A DNA stretch of 59,134 nucleotides from a virus. Its lineage: Duplodnaviria > Caudoviricetes. The notes beneath the pieces are model-generated. The model was not told the DNA's origin. It saw only the letters and a list, made by a program, of their open reading frames with translations, and did no database searches. Below are positions 43,387-55,300 of the stretch, piece by piece (position 1 is the stretch's first letter; every line of letters begins with the position of its first letter). The position numbers and the translations under genes were made by a program. Location: positions 1 to 59,134 of IMG/VR virus record IMGVR_UViG_3300046012_000561; one strand, 5' to 3'.

Positions 43387-44973
43387 GTGAGCAACGATTT
43401 CTATGAGGCTTCTGGCGCGCCCGGTACGGGCTCGGCGGGTTCATCCTCGGTCATGCGCGCCGAATTCCAACTTATTCAGGACGGCTTCGACCTGATGCCG
43501 GGATTGACGGCGGGTACCGCTGTCATCGTCAATCCCGCAGGAACGGGCCTGACCAATACCGTTGGCACTTTGCTGCTGGCCGGCAACCTGGCTCTCACCG
43601 GTGCCTTCAACACCACCTTCGTCCAGCAGGCGACGGGAATTTTCACGCTTCCCGCTGCGACCGACACTTTGGTGGGACGGGACAGCACGGACACGCTCAC
43701 CAACAAGAGCATGTCGGGCAGCGACAACACCTTCACCAACCTTCCGGCCAGTGGAGTGACCGGTGTGCTTGCGGGGGCGAATGGCGGCACTGGCGTCGCC
43801 AACAGCGGCAAGACCCTGACCATTGGTGCCTCGTTCACGCTCAATGGAGGAGGCACCCTATCGGTCGCGTCGGGAAAATCGCTCACAGCATCCAACACGC
43901 TGACATTTACCGGCACGGATAGTTCCAGTGTGGCTTTTGGTGCTGGCGGCACAGTTTCCTATACCGCAAGCTCAGTCGCGTCCATCACCGGTACCGCGAA
44001 CGAAATCACCGCGTCAGCATCAACCGGAGCGGTCACGCTTTCTCTGCCATCATCTCTGACATTCACCGGCAAGACCGTGACAGGTGGCACGTTTGCCAAC
44101 CCAACTCTTACGACACCGGCTCTTGGCGTGGCGACAGGAACGACGCTTGCGCTCAACGGTGCTTCTGTTGTTTCTAATTCTGATCTTACAGCCGCGAACA
44201 ACATCACTGTTGGCGGCAATGTTATCAGTAATGGCCTTGTTGCTGGACCTACTGGCGGCCTGATTGTTACGACCAGCAGCACGGCTCCGCTTAGAATTAA
44301 ATACACCAGCGGCGGCTCAGACGCCAAGGACTACCGTTGGATCGCTGATACTAGCAGCCTTGCGTTCACGCTTGTTAATGACGCGGGCAACCTAACCAAT
44401 CCGGCGCTGACATTCACGCGCAGCGGAACGACCTTGACGGGCATTACGATTCAGTCCGGCTCCACGCTGACGTATGGCGGAAAAACCATCGGAGCGACAC
44501 CAACCGGCACCGGCAATATGGTGCTGAGCGCCAGCCCGACATTCACAGGCACTCTCGCGGCGGCGGCAGCGAATTTCAGTGGCAATGTCGGGGTTGGCGG
44601 CGATGGCTTTGCCGTCTCGAATTACAACACGCTGTCGCTGAACCCTGGCACCACCGGCAGCGTCATCAACTGGATGCGGAGCGGCGCAGCCACGGCGCAG
44701 ATTTACGAAAACGCCACCAGCTTCAACATAGGGTCGGCGGCAGCTATTCCGGTTAACATTGTCGTTGGTGGCAGCGTTTATGCCACTTTTACTACCGGCG
44801 GCTTTGGTTTTGGCACGGCAACATTCGGCACCAGCGCGGCTAACGTGTTGGCAATAGCGAATGGAACGGCTCCGGCCAGCAGCCCCACCGGCATCGGCCA
44901 ACTCTATGTCGAAAGCGGCGCGCTGAAATATCGCGGCAGCAGCGGCACAGTCACAACTCTGGGAGTGGCCTAA
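43387..44973 (+). CDS. Tail fiber / receptor-binding protein
   Basis: N-terminal RAEFQLIQDGFD anchor; TLTNK, ANGGTG and Gly/Thr-rich beta repeats; LYVESGALKYRGSSG end. Confidence 0.8.
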   Translation: MSNDFYEASGAPGTGSAGSSSVMRAEFQLIQDGFDLMPGLTAGTAVIVNPAGTGLTNTVGTLLLAGNLALTGAFNTTFVQQATGIFTLPAATDTLVGRDSTDTLTNKSMSGSDNTFTNLPASGVTGVLAGANGGTGVANSGKTLTIGASFTLNGGGTLSVASGKSLTASNTLTFTGTDSSSVAFGAGGTVSYTASSVASITGTANEITASASTGAVTLSLPSSLTFTGKTVTGGTFANPTLTTPALGVATGTTLALNGASVVSNSDLTAANNITVGGNVISNGLVAGPTGGLIVTTSSTAPLRIKYTSGGSDAKDYRWIADTSSLAFTLVNDAGNLTNPALTFTRSGTTLTGITIQSGSTLTYGGKTIGATPTGTGNMVLSASPTFTGTLAAAAANFSGNVGVGGDGFAVSNYNTLSLNPGTTGSVINWMRSGAATAQIYENATSFNIGSAAAIPVNIVVGGSVYATFTTGGFGFGTATFGTSAANVLAIANGTAPASSPTGIGQLYVESGALKYRGSSGTVTTLGVA

Positions 44974-45125
44974 TGGAAATCGAAGCCCAGGACTACATCA
45001 ACGCCATCACGGCCCAGCGCAATGAACTGCATGAGCAGGTCGCCATGCTCCGCGCCTATGTGGCGAAGCTGGAGCGCAAGGTGATGGAACTCATCACCCC
45101 CGCAGCCGATCCCAAACCGGAATAG
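44973..45125 (+). CDS. Small coiled-coil protein, putative fiber chaperone (50 aa)
   Basis: Manual: MEIEAQDYINAITAQRNELHEQVAMLRAYVAKLERKV...; TAATG coupling. Confidence 0.6.
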   Translation: MEIEAQDYINAITAQRNELHEQVAMLRAYVAKLERKVMELITPAADPKPE

Positions 45126-45129
45126 CAGC

Positions 45130-46581
45130 ATGACGGCTACCCAGACCATCCCCCCACCTCCCACGATGCCGCCCCTGGCTCCTCCGCCTGGGCTGATCAA
45201 CGCCGCCCCCGGCGTGAGCACGACCGTGCCGGGGACTTCTCCGGTCGGAGCACCAGGCTCCGGCGCTCCCGTCACCAGCTATAATCCCGCCAGTGCGACG
45301 GCAACGGACGCGACCGCTTCGGCCTATACGCCCAACGATTACACGGTCAACCCGAACCAGACCGTCGCCAGCCAACTCAAGGACATCATCGCGTCAGGTT
45401 CCCCCCTGATGCAGCAGGCGGAACAGAGAGCGCGCGAGCAGATGAACTCGCGCGGCCTGATCAATTCCTCCATAGGAATCCAGGCCGGGCACGAGGCGGT
45501 CATCTCGTCCGCCCTTCCCATCGCCACCGCCGACGCGGCCACCTATGACCGTGCCGCGACGAATACCGTGGCAGGGCAGAATGCGGCGCTGGCTGCGAAG
45601 GCGGCGGCGGAGAACACCGCCTCCATCAACAATTCCGGTTTGGATACCCAGACCAGCCAGGTCAACGCTGGCGCCGCGAACGCGGCCATGGGCAAAGCCG
45701 CGGATGCTTCCAATACGGTTGCTCTCACGGCCCAGCAGATTCAGGGCTCGACCAACATCGCGGAAATCCAGTCCGCGACCAGCAAGGCGATTGCCCAGAT
45801 TCAGTCGGATACCACCCTCTCTGCCCAGGACAAGCAGAACCAGAGTTCGCAGTTGATCGCCGCTATCCAGTCCAACACCACGCTCTCGGTGCAGGACAAG
45901 CAGGACCTGACCCAGCTTGCCCTTCAGTCCTCCCAGGCCAATTTGCAGACCTATCTCGGCCAGCTTTCGGCCAATACTCAGCTCACCGCCCAGCAGATTT
46001 CCACCGAGGCTTCCAAGGCCATCGCGGACGCCAACAATCTCACCCAGCAGGCGATTGCCAGGGTCCAGGCCGATTCCTCGCTTTCTATTGAGCAGCAGAG
46101 GGAAATTTCCGCCCAGCTTCTCGCCTCGATGAACAACGACAATGCGGTGAAGGTCCAGCAGCTTCAGAACGCCGGCAACATTGCCAGCCTCAATGCCGAT
46201 GGAACCGTGAAGATGGCGCTGGCCAATCTCACCGCCGCCAACAATACCCTCCTGCGGACATCACAGGGGGCAGCCGATATTTACAGCCAGGGCCTGGCCT
46301 ACATGTCCAGCATCCTCACCAACACGAACATGTCGGCGGATCAGAAGCAGATAGCCCTTAATAATGGCGTCCAGCAAATGAACGACGCGCTTTCGGTGAT
46401 GAGCAAAATTGCGGGGATTCCCGAACTGACCTCTACCCTGGTGTTCGGCCCCCTCACGGGAGCATCCGCTACCGACACCACGGGACCGCAGCCCAACGAG
46501 AACGGCCTGATCGACAAGGGCGATGGTACATTCACCAACGCAGAAGGTGTTCCGACCGACGCCAACGGCAGACCGCTCTAA
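45130..46581 (+). CDS. Internal virion / ejection protein
   Basis: Ala/Gln/Asn-rich helical; RGLINSSIG motif. Confidence 0.7.
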   Translation: MTATQTIPPPPTMPPLAPPPGLINAAPGVSTTVPGTSPVGAPGSGAPVTSYNPASATATDATASAYTPNDYTVNPNQTVASQLKDIIASGSPLMQQAEQRAREQMNSRGLINSSIGIQAGHEAVISSALPIATADAATYDRAATNTVAGQNAALAAKAAAENTASINNSGLDTQTSQVNAGAANAAMGKAADASNTVALTAQQIQGSTNIAEIQSATSKAIAQIQSDTTLSAQDKQNQSSQLIAAIQSNTTLSVQDKQDLTQLALQSSQANLQTYLGQLSANTQLTAQQISTEASKAIADANNLTQQAIARVQADSSLSIEQQREISAQLLASMNNDNAVKVQQLQNAGNIASLNADGTVKMALANLTAANNTLLRTSQGAADIYSQGLAYMSSILTNTNMSADQKQIALNNGVQQMNDALSVMSKIAGIPELTSTLVFGPLTGASATDTTGPQPNENGLIDKGDGTFTNAEGVPTDANGRPL

Positions 46582-46584
46582 GGA

Positions 46585-46959
46585 ATGGAGCGGGGCGAAC
46601 TTCTCGACATTCTCTGGACCCAGGCCGAGCCGATCCTATTCATCACCCGCGAAGAATTCGACGCCGCCAAGATGGGCTGGGATATTCGGGGTTTTGAGAT
46701 CGACGGGCAGCTTGCCATCATCACCGTCCAGAAAGGCCCGGAATTCCACTTCACCACGCTGGGGACCGGCAAGAAAATCCCGCTGCGGATGATGAAAGAA
46801 TTTCTCGTTCCCATCATACAAGAGCATGGTTTTGCTTTCACCCGTACTCCGCACGAAGACACCAGACAGCAGCGCTTCAACCGCCGCTTCGGCTTTGTCC
46901 AAGTTGGCGAAGATGCGCTCGACATCCACTACCGCCTCGAAAGGCTTCCCCATGCCTAA
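46585..46959 (+). CDS. GNAT-fold-like virion assembly protein
   Basis: EFHF, RFNRRFGF; sits among ejection genes. Confidence 0.6.
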   Translation: MERGELLDILWTQAEPILFITREEFDAAKMGWDIRGFEIDGQLAIITVQKGPEFHFTTLGTGKKIPLRMMKEFLVPIIQEHGFAFTRTPHEDTRQQRFNRRFGFVQVGEDALDIHYRLERLPHA

Positions 46960-46974
46960 CGGAAGGGATTCCAC

Positions 46975-47994
46975 ATGCCCGTCATAGCCATTGTCGCCGC
47001 CGTCGGCTCTCTTGCTCTGGGAGGGGCGACTGCTATTGGCGCCGTCCTGGCCGGTACCGCCACGTTGGGCATGACGCTCACAGCCGTCGCTACGGTTGGA
47101 GCAACCTTGGGCGCCATCGGCGCCATCACGCACGACAAAACCTTGAGTACCGTCGGCATGGTGATGGGCGGGGTTGGTGGTATCGGATCTCTCGCTGCAA
47201 ATGCGGGTCTGTTCGGGGCCAGCGCCACCACGGAGAGTTTGTTCGGGAGCGGGGCCGACCTCGCGGACGTTACCAGCACCCCAATGAATGCTGGTATGGC
47301 TGCTGAATTCGCCGCCGATCCCCTGGCTCCCGTCATGAGTACTCCCGTCGCAAGCGGAGTTGCATCCTCGGTCGGCTATTCCGGTCTCGCCGCAAATTCC
47401 GGCGCCTATACCAACATCATCGACACGCTTGGCAATGTGAACGCGCCCGTGCCTGACGTGGCCGCGCCCATCAATGCGCCAGACCCCTCTGCCATCCCCG
47501 GCACGACGCCGAATCCCACCAGCGTTGACACCAGCGTGGTCAATCCCGGCGCTCAGGCCGGCATGATCAACACGCCAACGCCCGAAACCGTCACGGCGTC
47601 AGCGCCGAAGATTACTGGCGCCCCCGCTGATCCCCTGGCGCCGGTCGTTTCGACACCGATGAATGCCAAGATGGCGGCCCTGCAACCGCGGTCTTACCTT
47701 CAAGAACTTGGCGACTTTGTCCGCGACGACAAGAGCGGCATGGTGAAGTACGGGTTGATCCAAGCCGGATCCTCCCTCATCAGCGGCATGTTCGACCAGG
47801 TCGAGCCCGCGCAGATCGAGGCCTTGAACGCCCAGGCCGCTGCGAACCGGGCCGTCGCCAGCATGAGCCAGCTTCAGCAGGACAATTTGAAGCAACCCCT
47901 CCCCACCGCTCGGCGCATCACGCCCGCGCCTGTAACGGGAGCCCCCGCAACCGGCATGATCAATTCTCCTGTGACGGGCCAGGTGGCGGCATGA
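46975..47994 (+). CDS. Ejection protein with N-terminal glycine-rich hydrophobic helices
   Basis: MPVIAIVAAVG...GAIGAIT pattern. Confidence 0.65.
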   Translation: MPVIAIVAAVGSLALGGATAIGAVLAGTATLGMTLTAVATVGATLGAIGAITHDKTLSTVGMVMGGVGGIGSLAANAGLFGASATTESLFGSGADLADVTSTPMNAGMAAEFAADPLAPVMSTPVASGVASSVGYSGLAANSGAYTNIIDTLGNVNAPVPDVAAPINAPDPSAIPGTTPNPTSVDTSVVNPGAQAGMINTPTPETVTASAPKITGAPADPLAPVVSTPMNAKMAALQPRSYLQELGDFVRDDKSGMVKYGLIQAGSSLISGMFDQVEPAQIEALNAQAAANRAVASMSQLQQDNLKQPLPTARRITPAPVTGAPATGMINSPVTGQVAA

Positions 47995-48533
47995 GCCTGA
48001 TCAACAGTCCTCTCAAGAACAATGTCCTGAAGGCCGCCGAGGCGAAGCTGGAAAGCCAGATTCCGCCGAAGCAGCGCGACAACTTCCTGAAGGTGGTCGT
48101 GTCGGGAATGCGCGTGGGCCTCCAAGGCGGGGACAAAAGCATCCTGGCCGGACTGAAGCAGAGCAAGGATCCGATCAAGGATTGCGCGCTGGGTGCCGTC
48201 AATCTCGTGACGCTGCTGTCCAAGCAATCGCGCGGCACCATGCCGGTGGAAGCGGCGATTACGGGAGCCATGGCCCTCATGCTTCAGGCCCTGGACTTCG
48301 CGGACAAGGCCGGAATCGCCAAAGTCGGGAATGAAGAACTGGTGCAGGCCACCAAGTACTTCACCGACTTCATCATGGAGCGTCTTGGCATCAGCAAGCA
48401 GATGCTGGCCCATGCCGCGCAGAAGGTCACCGCCATGACCAAGAACCCGGAGCAGATGCAGAAGATCAAGCTCGCCGCCGGTGTTGAGAAAGCCCCAGGG
48501 GCGCAATCCCCCACCCCAGGACCCGCACAATGA
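47991..48533 (+). CDS. Hypothetical virion-associated protein
   Basis: Coupled, helical. Confidence 0.7.
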   Translation: MSLINSPLKNNVLKAAEAKLESQIPPKQRDNFLKVVVSGMRVGLQGGDKSILAGLKQSKDPIKDCALGAVNLVTLLSKQSRGTMPVEAAITGAMALMLQALDFADKAGIAKVGNEELVQATKYFTDFIMERLGISKQMLAHAAQKVTAMTKNPEQMQKIKLAAGVEKAPGAQSPTPGPAQ

Positions 48534-49330
48534 CCGGCCTCATCAACAGCATTGGGCGCGGCCTTTCCAAGATGGGCGGGGCCATAGCTGCTTCCGCAGG
48601 CGCAGCGGCCCTCGAAGCCCAGCGCGAATCCCTGGAGCAGGACCGGTTGAAGCTTGCTGACCAGCTTTCTGGCGCGCGTGAAAGTGCCGGACGGATTCAA
48701 GAGGATAGCCTGATCGGTGCCCGCGAAAGCAAGGGGCGCAAGGAGACGGACACCTATCTCGCCAGCAGCCAGCAGCGCCAGGCAGATTTCGACACTGCCA
48801 AGGATGCCCGCACCCGGCAGGACCGGTTGGATGAAATCCAGGCCCAGGGCGATGAATCCCGCAAGACGGATCGGGAACAACACGGCCTCAGCGCCAACGA
48901 CGTTACCAACTACCAGGTCACGGATGATGGTGAAGTTGTCGGCTTCACCCGTGGCGGCAAATCCGTGAAGACGGGCGTCAACACCGCGTCCATGACCAGC
49001 GCGGACAAGCTCCTGTTCAACAGCCTGTTGGCCAGCAACACGACAAAGACAAAATCCACCAACCCTCTTGAAGGCGACACGGTTTCGGAGACGGTCAATA
49101 CCGTCGGGCTTGCAAAGGCGCTGAAGAATAGTGGCTCGCCAGCCCTGCAAAAGATCGGAAGCCGTCTCGATACCGGGCCGAAGGATTCATCCATGCCGAC
49201 CAAGCCCAAGGGCTCCGGCACCAAGGCCGACCCCTTCCAGGCTTCCAGCCAGCACGAAGTGGACTGGTTCAAGAACAGCGCGCCAGCGGGGACCATCATC
49301 TCCGTCGATGGAACCCTCTACACGAAGTAG
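48530..49330 (+). CDS. Putative ejection protein
   Basis: Gly/Ala N-terminus, coiled coil, C-terminal PAGT..SVDG motif. Confidence 0.6.
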   Translation: MTGLINSIGRGLSKMGGAIAASAGAAALEAQRESLEQDRLKLADQLSGARESAGRIQEDSLIGARESKGRKETDTYLASSQQRQADFDTAKDARTRQDRLDEIQAQGDESRKTDREQHGLSANDVTNYQVTDDGEVVGFTRGGKSVKTGVNTASMTSADKLLFNSLLASNTTKTKSTNPLEGDTVSETVNTVGLAKALKNSGSPALQKIGSRLDTGPKDSSMPTKPKGSGTKADPFQASSQHEVDWFKNSAPAGTIISVDGTLYTK

Positions 49331-49339
49331 GAGCGGCCA

Positions 49340-52300
49340 ATGGCCCTTGATCTGGCTGGCCTTAAGCCAGTTGGCGATGCGCCGCGCTTCGATGTGGGCG
49401 GCCTAAAGCCGCTCGATGTAGCGCCGGATCGCTCCTTCGCTGATGTTCGGCAAGGCTCGATTGACGATAACGAGGCAGACCGCTTCCGCGCCGTGAAAAC
49501 GATGGCCGCGGCGGCGTCGCCCAATGAGAGCGACTGGCTCGATCTGGGCAAGAAGGCGCTGGAAAACGGCTGGACCAGCTTTCGCCAGGCGGCGGGCGGT
49601 ATCGCCCAATATGCCGGCGAGAACATGCCGGCCCCTTACGGCGCCGATGTCCCGATGGGCTTTGCCGAGAGTGCCCAGGCGGAGAACCTTTCCAAGGCCA
49701 TGAAGGGGAGCGTCGCGATTTCTGGATCGCCCGCCAATATCGGAAAGGCGATTTATGACGCCGCCACTGCCGACATCAAAGCCAATGCCCCCAAGCTGAA
49801 CGAAGGCAGCGCGAAGGATTACGCTTATCAGGCCGGCACATCGCTTGTGCAGATGATTCCGACTTTGGCGGCGTCTCTCGCCACGGGAAGCCCGGCACCC
49901 GGCTTGGCGCTGATGGGTGGCCAAGTCGCCGGCCAGCAATACGGGCAGGCCCGCAATGAGAGCGGTCGCAGCCCCGACCAGGCCGGCGTCGATGCCATGT
50001 TCTACGCCTTGGCCGAGACCATCCCCGAACAAATCCCCCTCGGCATCCTGATGAAGCCAGGCGGCAAATTCCTGCCCAGGCTGCTCAAGACGATGGGCGC
50101 CGAGGGCCTTCAGGAAGCCTTCACCCAGGTTCTGGAATCCGGGTACGACAAGGGCACCGTCAGCCCCGACATGACATGGGGCGATGCGTTCCGGCAAGTT
50201 CGGGACGCGGGCATTGTCGGCGCTGTCATGGGCGGCGGCTTGGGCGCAGCGGCCCACCCCTTCACGCGGGGAGGGGCCGAGGAGCCCAAGCCCGAACCGG
50301 AAGCGCCGCCTGCGGCCGAACCCGGCCCGCAGGTCGAGCCCCTTTCCACCCAGGGCCTGACGCCCCTAGAAGCGCCTCCCGAGGCTGCTCCCGTCCCGAC
50401 CGCGGCAAAGGTCATCCCCAACGAAGAACCCCTATACGACGCCACTGGGGAGTCCCAGATCGGCTGGCATGATCGGGCGACCGGCCGCATCCGCATGCTG
50501 GAGAAGCAGCCGGAGGAGGTGGCCAGGGCTGTCATGGACGCGCCCAGCCTGCACGATGCCATTGCCACGGCGGAGGCAGAAGCGTTTGCGCCCGTGCACG
50601 GCCTGCCGGAAGACGTCGCGCCGCCGGTGGAGAGCGATCTCGTTGTGCCGCCCGCGCCGCTGGAGCGCGTCGAGCCGGTGCCGCTGGCGCCCGTCTCCAG
50701 CCTCGAAACCCCGGCGGTGGCCAGCGCCGGCGAAATGCCGCCCGCCGCCCGGGCCCCCGAGGGGATCACCCCTGCCGCCAGTGAAATCAATGCCTTGGCC
50801 GAAGAACAGCCCCAGGAGGAGATCACCCCCCCGCCAGCCCGCACCGGCCGCGTCCGTGGCCTTCCCCGCCGGCTGACCAAGGGCCCCGAAGACGCCGCCA
50901 TGTTCCTGGCTTCCCAAGGCGGCATCCGAAACGACGAAGGCCATGACCTTGTTAAGGGGCGGGGCCTGCAACAGTTCGTGCCCGGGCTTGGCCCCCTGAT
51001 CCGCCCCAAGGGCATGACCATAGACGCCGCCGGGCAAAAGCTCTGGGAAGCCGGGTTCTTTGGCCAGGTCGATCATGGGGAAGGCGTCAGGGAGGCCAAC
51101 GGGCCAACCGAGGCCGATGTCCTGGAACTGTTGGAGCGCACCGGCCGGGGTGGTGACGGCCGCCCCACAAAGGTCTTCCGCCCTGGTGACGCCGCGGACA
51201 TCGAAATCGCGCGGGAGGGCGAGCGAGTGGCCGAGGCCAATGCCAGCGTCCTGGAAGACGTTCACAACTACGCCAAGAGCCTGAGCGAAACCCTGACGGA
51301 AGCCGAGGCGGACCAGATTGTCAGCGACATGGTCGCCCACGGCATCGATGCCGAATCCGCCGTGGTCGAACACCTTGAACGCAAGGCTATCCAGGAGGAC
51401 AATGAGGACCATGCAGATGCAGCAATCCAGCCCGCGCCCCAGGCCCACCCTGTCGTTGAAAGAGCGCCAGGCGTTGATCGAGCGGCTGGAAGCGGGGTCC
51501 AAGAACCCGAAGCTGTCCCCGGAAACGAGGGCGGCCCGCAAATCGAGAGCGAACCAGCTCAGGCGGATTCAGGAACTTCGGATCAGCCAGAAGCGGAAGT
51601 AGCCTCCCAGCCAGAGGGTATTCCGCCGCTACCGCATGGCAATGGGTCCTGGGTCATTGTGGACCGCGCCACCGGGCATGCCGCCGCCGAGATTTTCAAG
51701 GGCGACAAGGCGATCAGCCGCGTCAACCTGGAACGGTACAAGGCCGTCCCCGCCGGGGAATATCTGGCCAGCCTGAATAAGGCCAAGGCCCTCACCATCC
51801 CGTCCGAACTGAAGCCGCTGGCCACCGAACCGGGTGCGCTCGACGGGCAGGGCAGAGCCGTTCCCCAGACCATCGCTCCCGGCGCAGACCGCAGCGCTAT
51901 CCAGCTTTCAGCGGCGCGTGAAGCCGCCGGTCATGGACTCTCCACCACCAAGGTCCAGCAGAAAGACGCTGGCGGCATGTTCGCGGCGCCGGAGGAAAAG
52001 GCCACGGACCTGTTCGAGGCGTCCCCCAAGGTGGAACAGGCCGACAATGAACGCCCGATGGCGCAACGCCGGGAAACGGTTTTTGACTGGGGCAACGAGG
52101 GCGGCGGCTCACGCGTCACCAAGATCGGCCCCACCGAAATCACCTATGGCATCGGCAAGGACAAGACGGCAGAACTGACGCTGGTCCGAACCGCCAAGGG
52201 AAGTCGAAAGCAGGGCGCGGCGCGCGCCGCAGTCGAGCAATTCTTGCGTGAAGCTGACGCGCGCGGATATGCCGTTCACCTCACCGCCGATCCGATGGAG

Positions 52301-55300
52301 CCCACCGTCAGCCGCAGTCGGCTGAAGAACTTTTACAAAACGCTGGGTTTCGTCGAGAACCGTGGCCGAACCCGCGACTTCAGCACCCGGGCGGGAATGA
52401 TCCGCGAGCCGCAAAGCGCACCTCTTCCGCAGCGCCCCACTCCCCGGATCACCGACACCTTCACTCCTGAATTCAAGGCCAAGCGCCGTGAGGTGGAGAA
52501 GGAACTGCGGGCTCGGCTGGAAAAGCTAGGGCTCCATGACATCGGCCTCAGGATTTCCGACGCCACCGCTATCGACGGCGAGCCCGTCAACGGCCATTAT
52601 TACCGCAAGGTGATTGCGGTCGCTCTGGATGCTCCCAATCCCATCGGCACCTTCAACCATGAGGCCGTGCATGCGACACGCGCCCTGGGCCTTTTCACAA
52701 AGTCCGAATGGTCTATGCTGGCCAATCGCGCCGCAAAGGACTGGCACTCCCGCTTCGACATCGGCAACCGCTATAGCGAATTCTCGGAAGACCAGCAGAA
52801 TGAAGAGGCTATTGCAGAAGCTTTTCAGGCTTGGACCAAAGACCAAGGCACCCAGAAAGGCACCATCGCCCGAATCTTTCACAAAGTGCGGGACGCCCTA
52901 TCTGCAATCGGGAACGCGCTTAAGGGCCAAGGCTTCGACACCACCGACCGCATCTTCCAGCGGCTCGACACCGGAGAAGTAGGAAGCCGCGAGCGGCCAA
53001 GCACCAAGCCGCCTGAAGCATCCGGCCCGGTGGCCGAGCGCCGCCGCGAGACCGGCCCCTTCAGCCGTCTCGGCGTCGAACCCAACGAAGGCATTTCCGA
53101 TTACCTGACCGATTCCTCGCTGTCCCTGGCTGAAAAGCTGAAGGGCGCGGCATCGCCGCAAGTTCTCAGCGAAAGCGTGGACCGCTGGCGCCGCCTGTTC
53201 CAGGACCGGTTTATTCCTCTTCTCCGCACCCAGCAGGCCATCGAGAAGCAGACCGGCAAGAAGCTGGCTTTGGAGAGCAATCCCTATCTCGCTGAGGAAC
53301 TATCCTCCGGCCGCAAGGGTGCGAAGCTGGAAGACCTGTCGGAGAAGATGGTTCGGCCTCTCATGGCCAACATGGCATCGCGCAATATCACGCTGCCGGA
53401 ATTGGAAACTTATCTCTACGCGCGCCACGCCCCAGAGCGAAACTCTCACATCGCCCAGATCAATCAGGAATTTGCGGGCGATATGCTGAAGGAAGAAGGC
53501 GCCGGATCCGGCATGACCAACGCCGACGCCGCGCAAATCATGCAGGCGGTGAAGGCTTCCGGCAAAGAGAAAGACCTGAAGGCCTTGGCCGGCATGGTGG
53601 ACAAGATTCTCGACTTTGGCCTGAGAGAGCGGGTTTCCGGCGGGCTCATGTCACAGGACCAGGCCGATACCTGGCGCGCGACCTTCCAGAATTATGTCCC
53701 GCTGCGGGGTAAGGCCGAAGTGGACGGTTCGGAAATTGATCGGCCGCGCTTTGGCCGCGGCATCAATATCCGGGGCGCGGAAAGCCAAAGGGCATTCGGC
53801 AGAAACTCGAAGGCCAAGGACATTCTCGCCTATTCGATCATGCAGGCGGAGGAAGCCATTGTCCGGGCCGAGACCAACAAGGTGGGCCAATCCTTCTACG
53901 AACTGGCGAAGGAAAATCCCAATCCGGACTTCTGGAAGGTGGACAAGATCACCGAGCGCCCGGTCTGGAACGAGGCCAAGGGACAAGTCGAATATCGTCC
54001 CGTTGATCGCCTCCTGGCCGAGGACAAGGACTACACCGTCTCCCTGAAGATCGACGGCACCGAACACCGCGTCACCCTCAACCGCGACAATCCCAATGCG
54101 GTGGAACTGGCCAAGTCCATGCGGAACCTCGACAGCGACAAGATGGGTGCGCTCCTTCGCGCCTTCAGTCACGTCAATCGCCTTCTCAGCCATGTGAACA
54201 CGACTCTCAACCCGGAATTCGTCATCACCAATGCCTTCCGCGACGCACAGACCGCGCTCACCAATCTGGCAGGGGAGGAGCAAAAGGGCATCATCTCTGG
54301 AACGCTGAAGGATTATCTGCCGGCGGTGAGGGCCGCCACGCGCGGCGCCTTCGGCAAGACCGATGGCGACTGGGGCAAGTGGTACAATGAATTCCGGGAG
54401 AATGGCGGCCGGGTCTATTTCAACTCGACCGACAATGTTGCCGAAATCCGGGACCGGATCGAGCATGATCTGTCGCGGCTCGCGGCTGGGAAATCTCCCC
54501 AGAGCACCCTTACGGCCATCAAAAATTTCATCGGGAAAACCAATCTGGGTGTCGAAAATGGAATCCGACTCGCGGCCTTCAAGAACGCCCGCGAGCGGGG
54601 AATGTCACCAGAGGAAGCCGCCAGCCTCGCCAAGAACCTGACCGTCAATTTCAACCGGCGCGGCGAACTCGGCCCGCTGATGAATTCGCTCTATCTGTTC
54701 TACAACGCCTCGGTGCAGGGAACGGCGCGGCTCCTGCTGGCCATGAAATCCCCGCGCGTCCGCAAGGTGCTGTATTCCGCTGCAATCATGGGCGCCACCC
54801 TCGACATCCTGAATTCTCTCACCAGCGGAGATGATGACGACGGCGAGAAGTATTACGACAAGATCAGCGACTTCGAGAAGCGCCACAACCTCATCATCAT
54901 GGACCCGACCTCGGACAAGGGGCGCTATTTCAAGCTGCCGCTGCCCTATGGGTACAACGTCTTTTTCGGCATGGGCCGCAATGCCTCCGAAATCTTCCGC
55001 GGCAAACCGGTTACGCGGGCTTTCACCGATCTGGCAGTGACGGCGGTGGACGCCTTCAACCCGATTGGTGGAACCGAAAGCCTCCTCAATCTCATCGCGC
55101 CCACAGTGCTTGATCCCATTGTGGACCTGTCCAGGAACAAGGATTACACCGGCAGGCCCATCATGCCGGATCAACCGCAATACGGTCCGAAGGAAGCAGA
55201 GCACAATCGCTATTGGGGAACGGTTTCTCCCTTGGCTAAACACATCACCGATTTCCTCAATCAGGCCTCTGGTGGCGACGATGTTGTTCCGGGGAAAATC

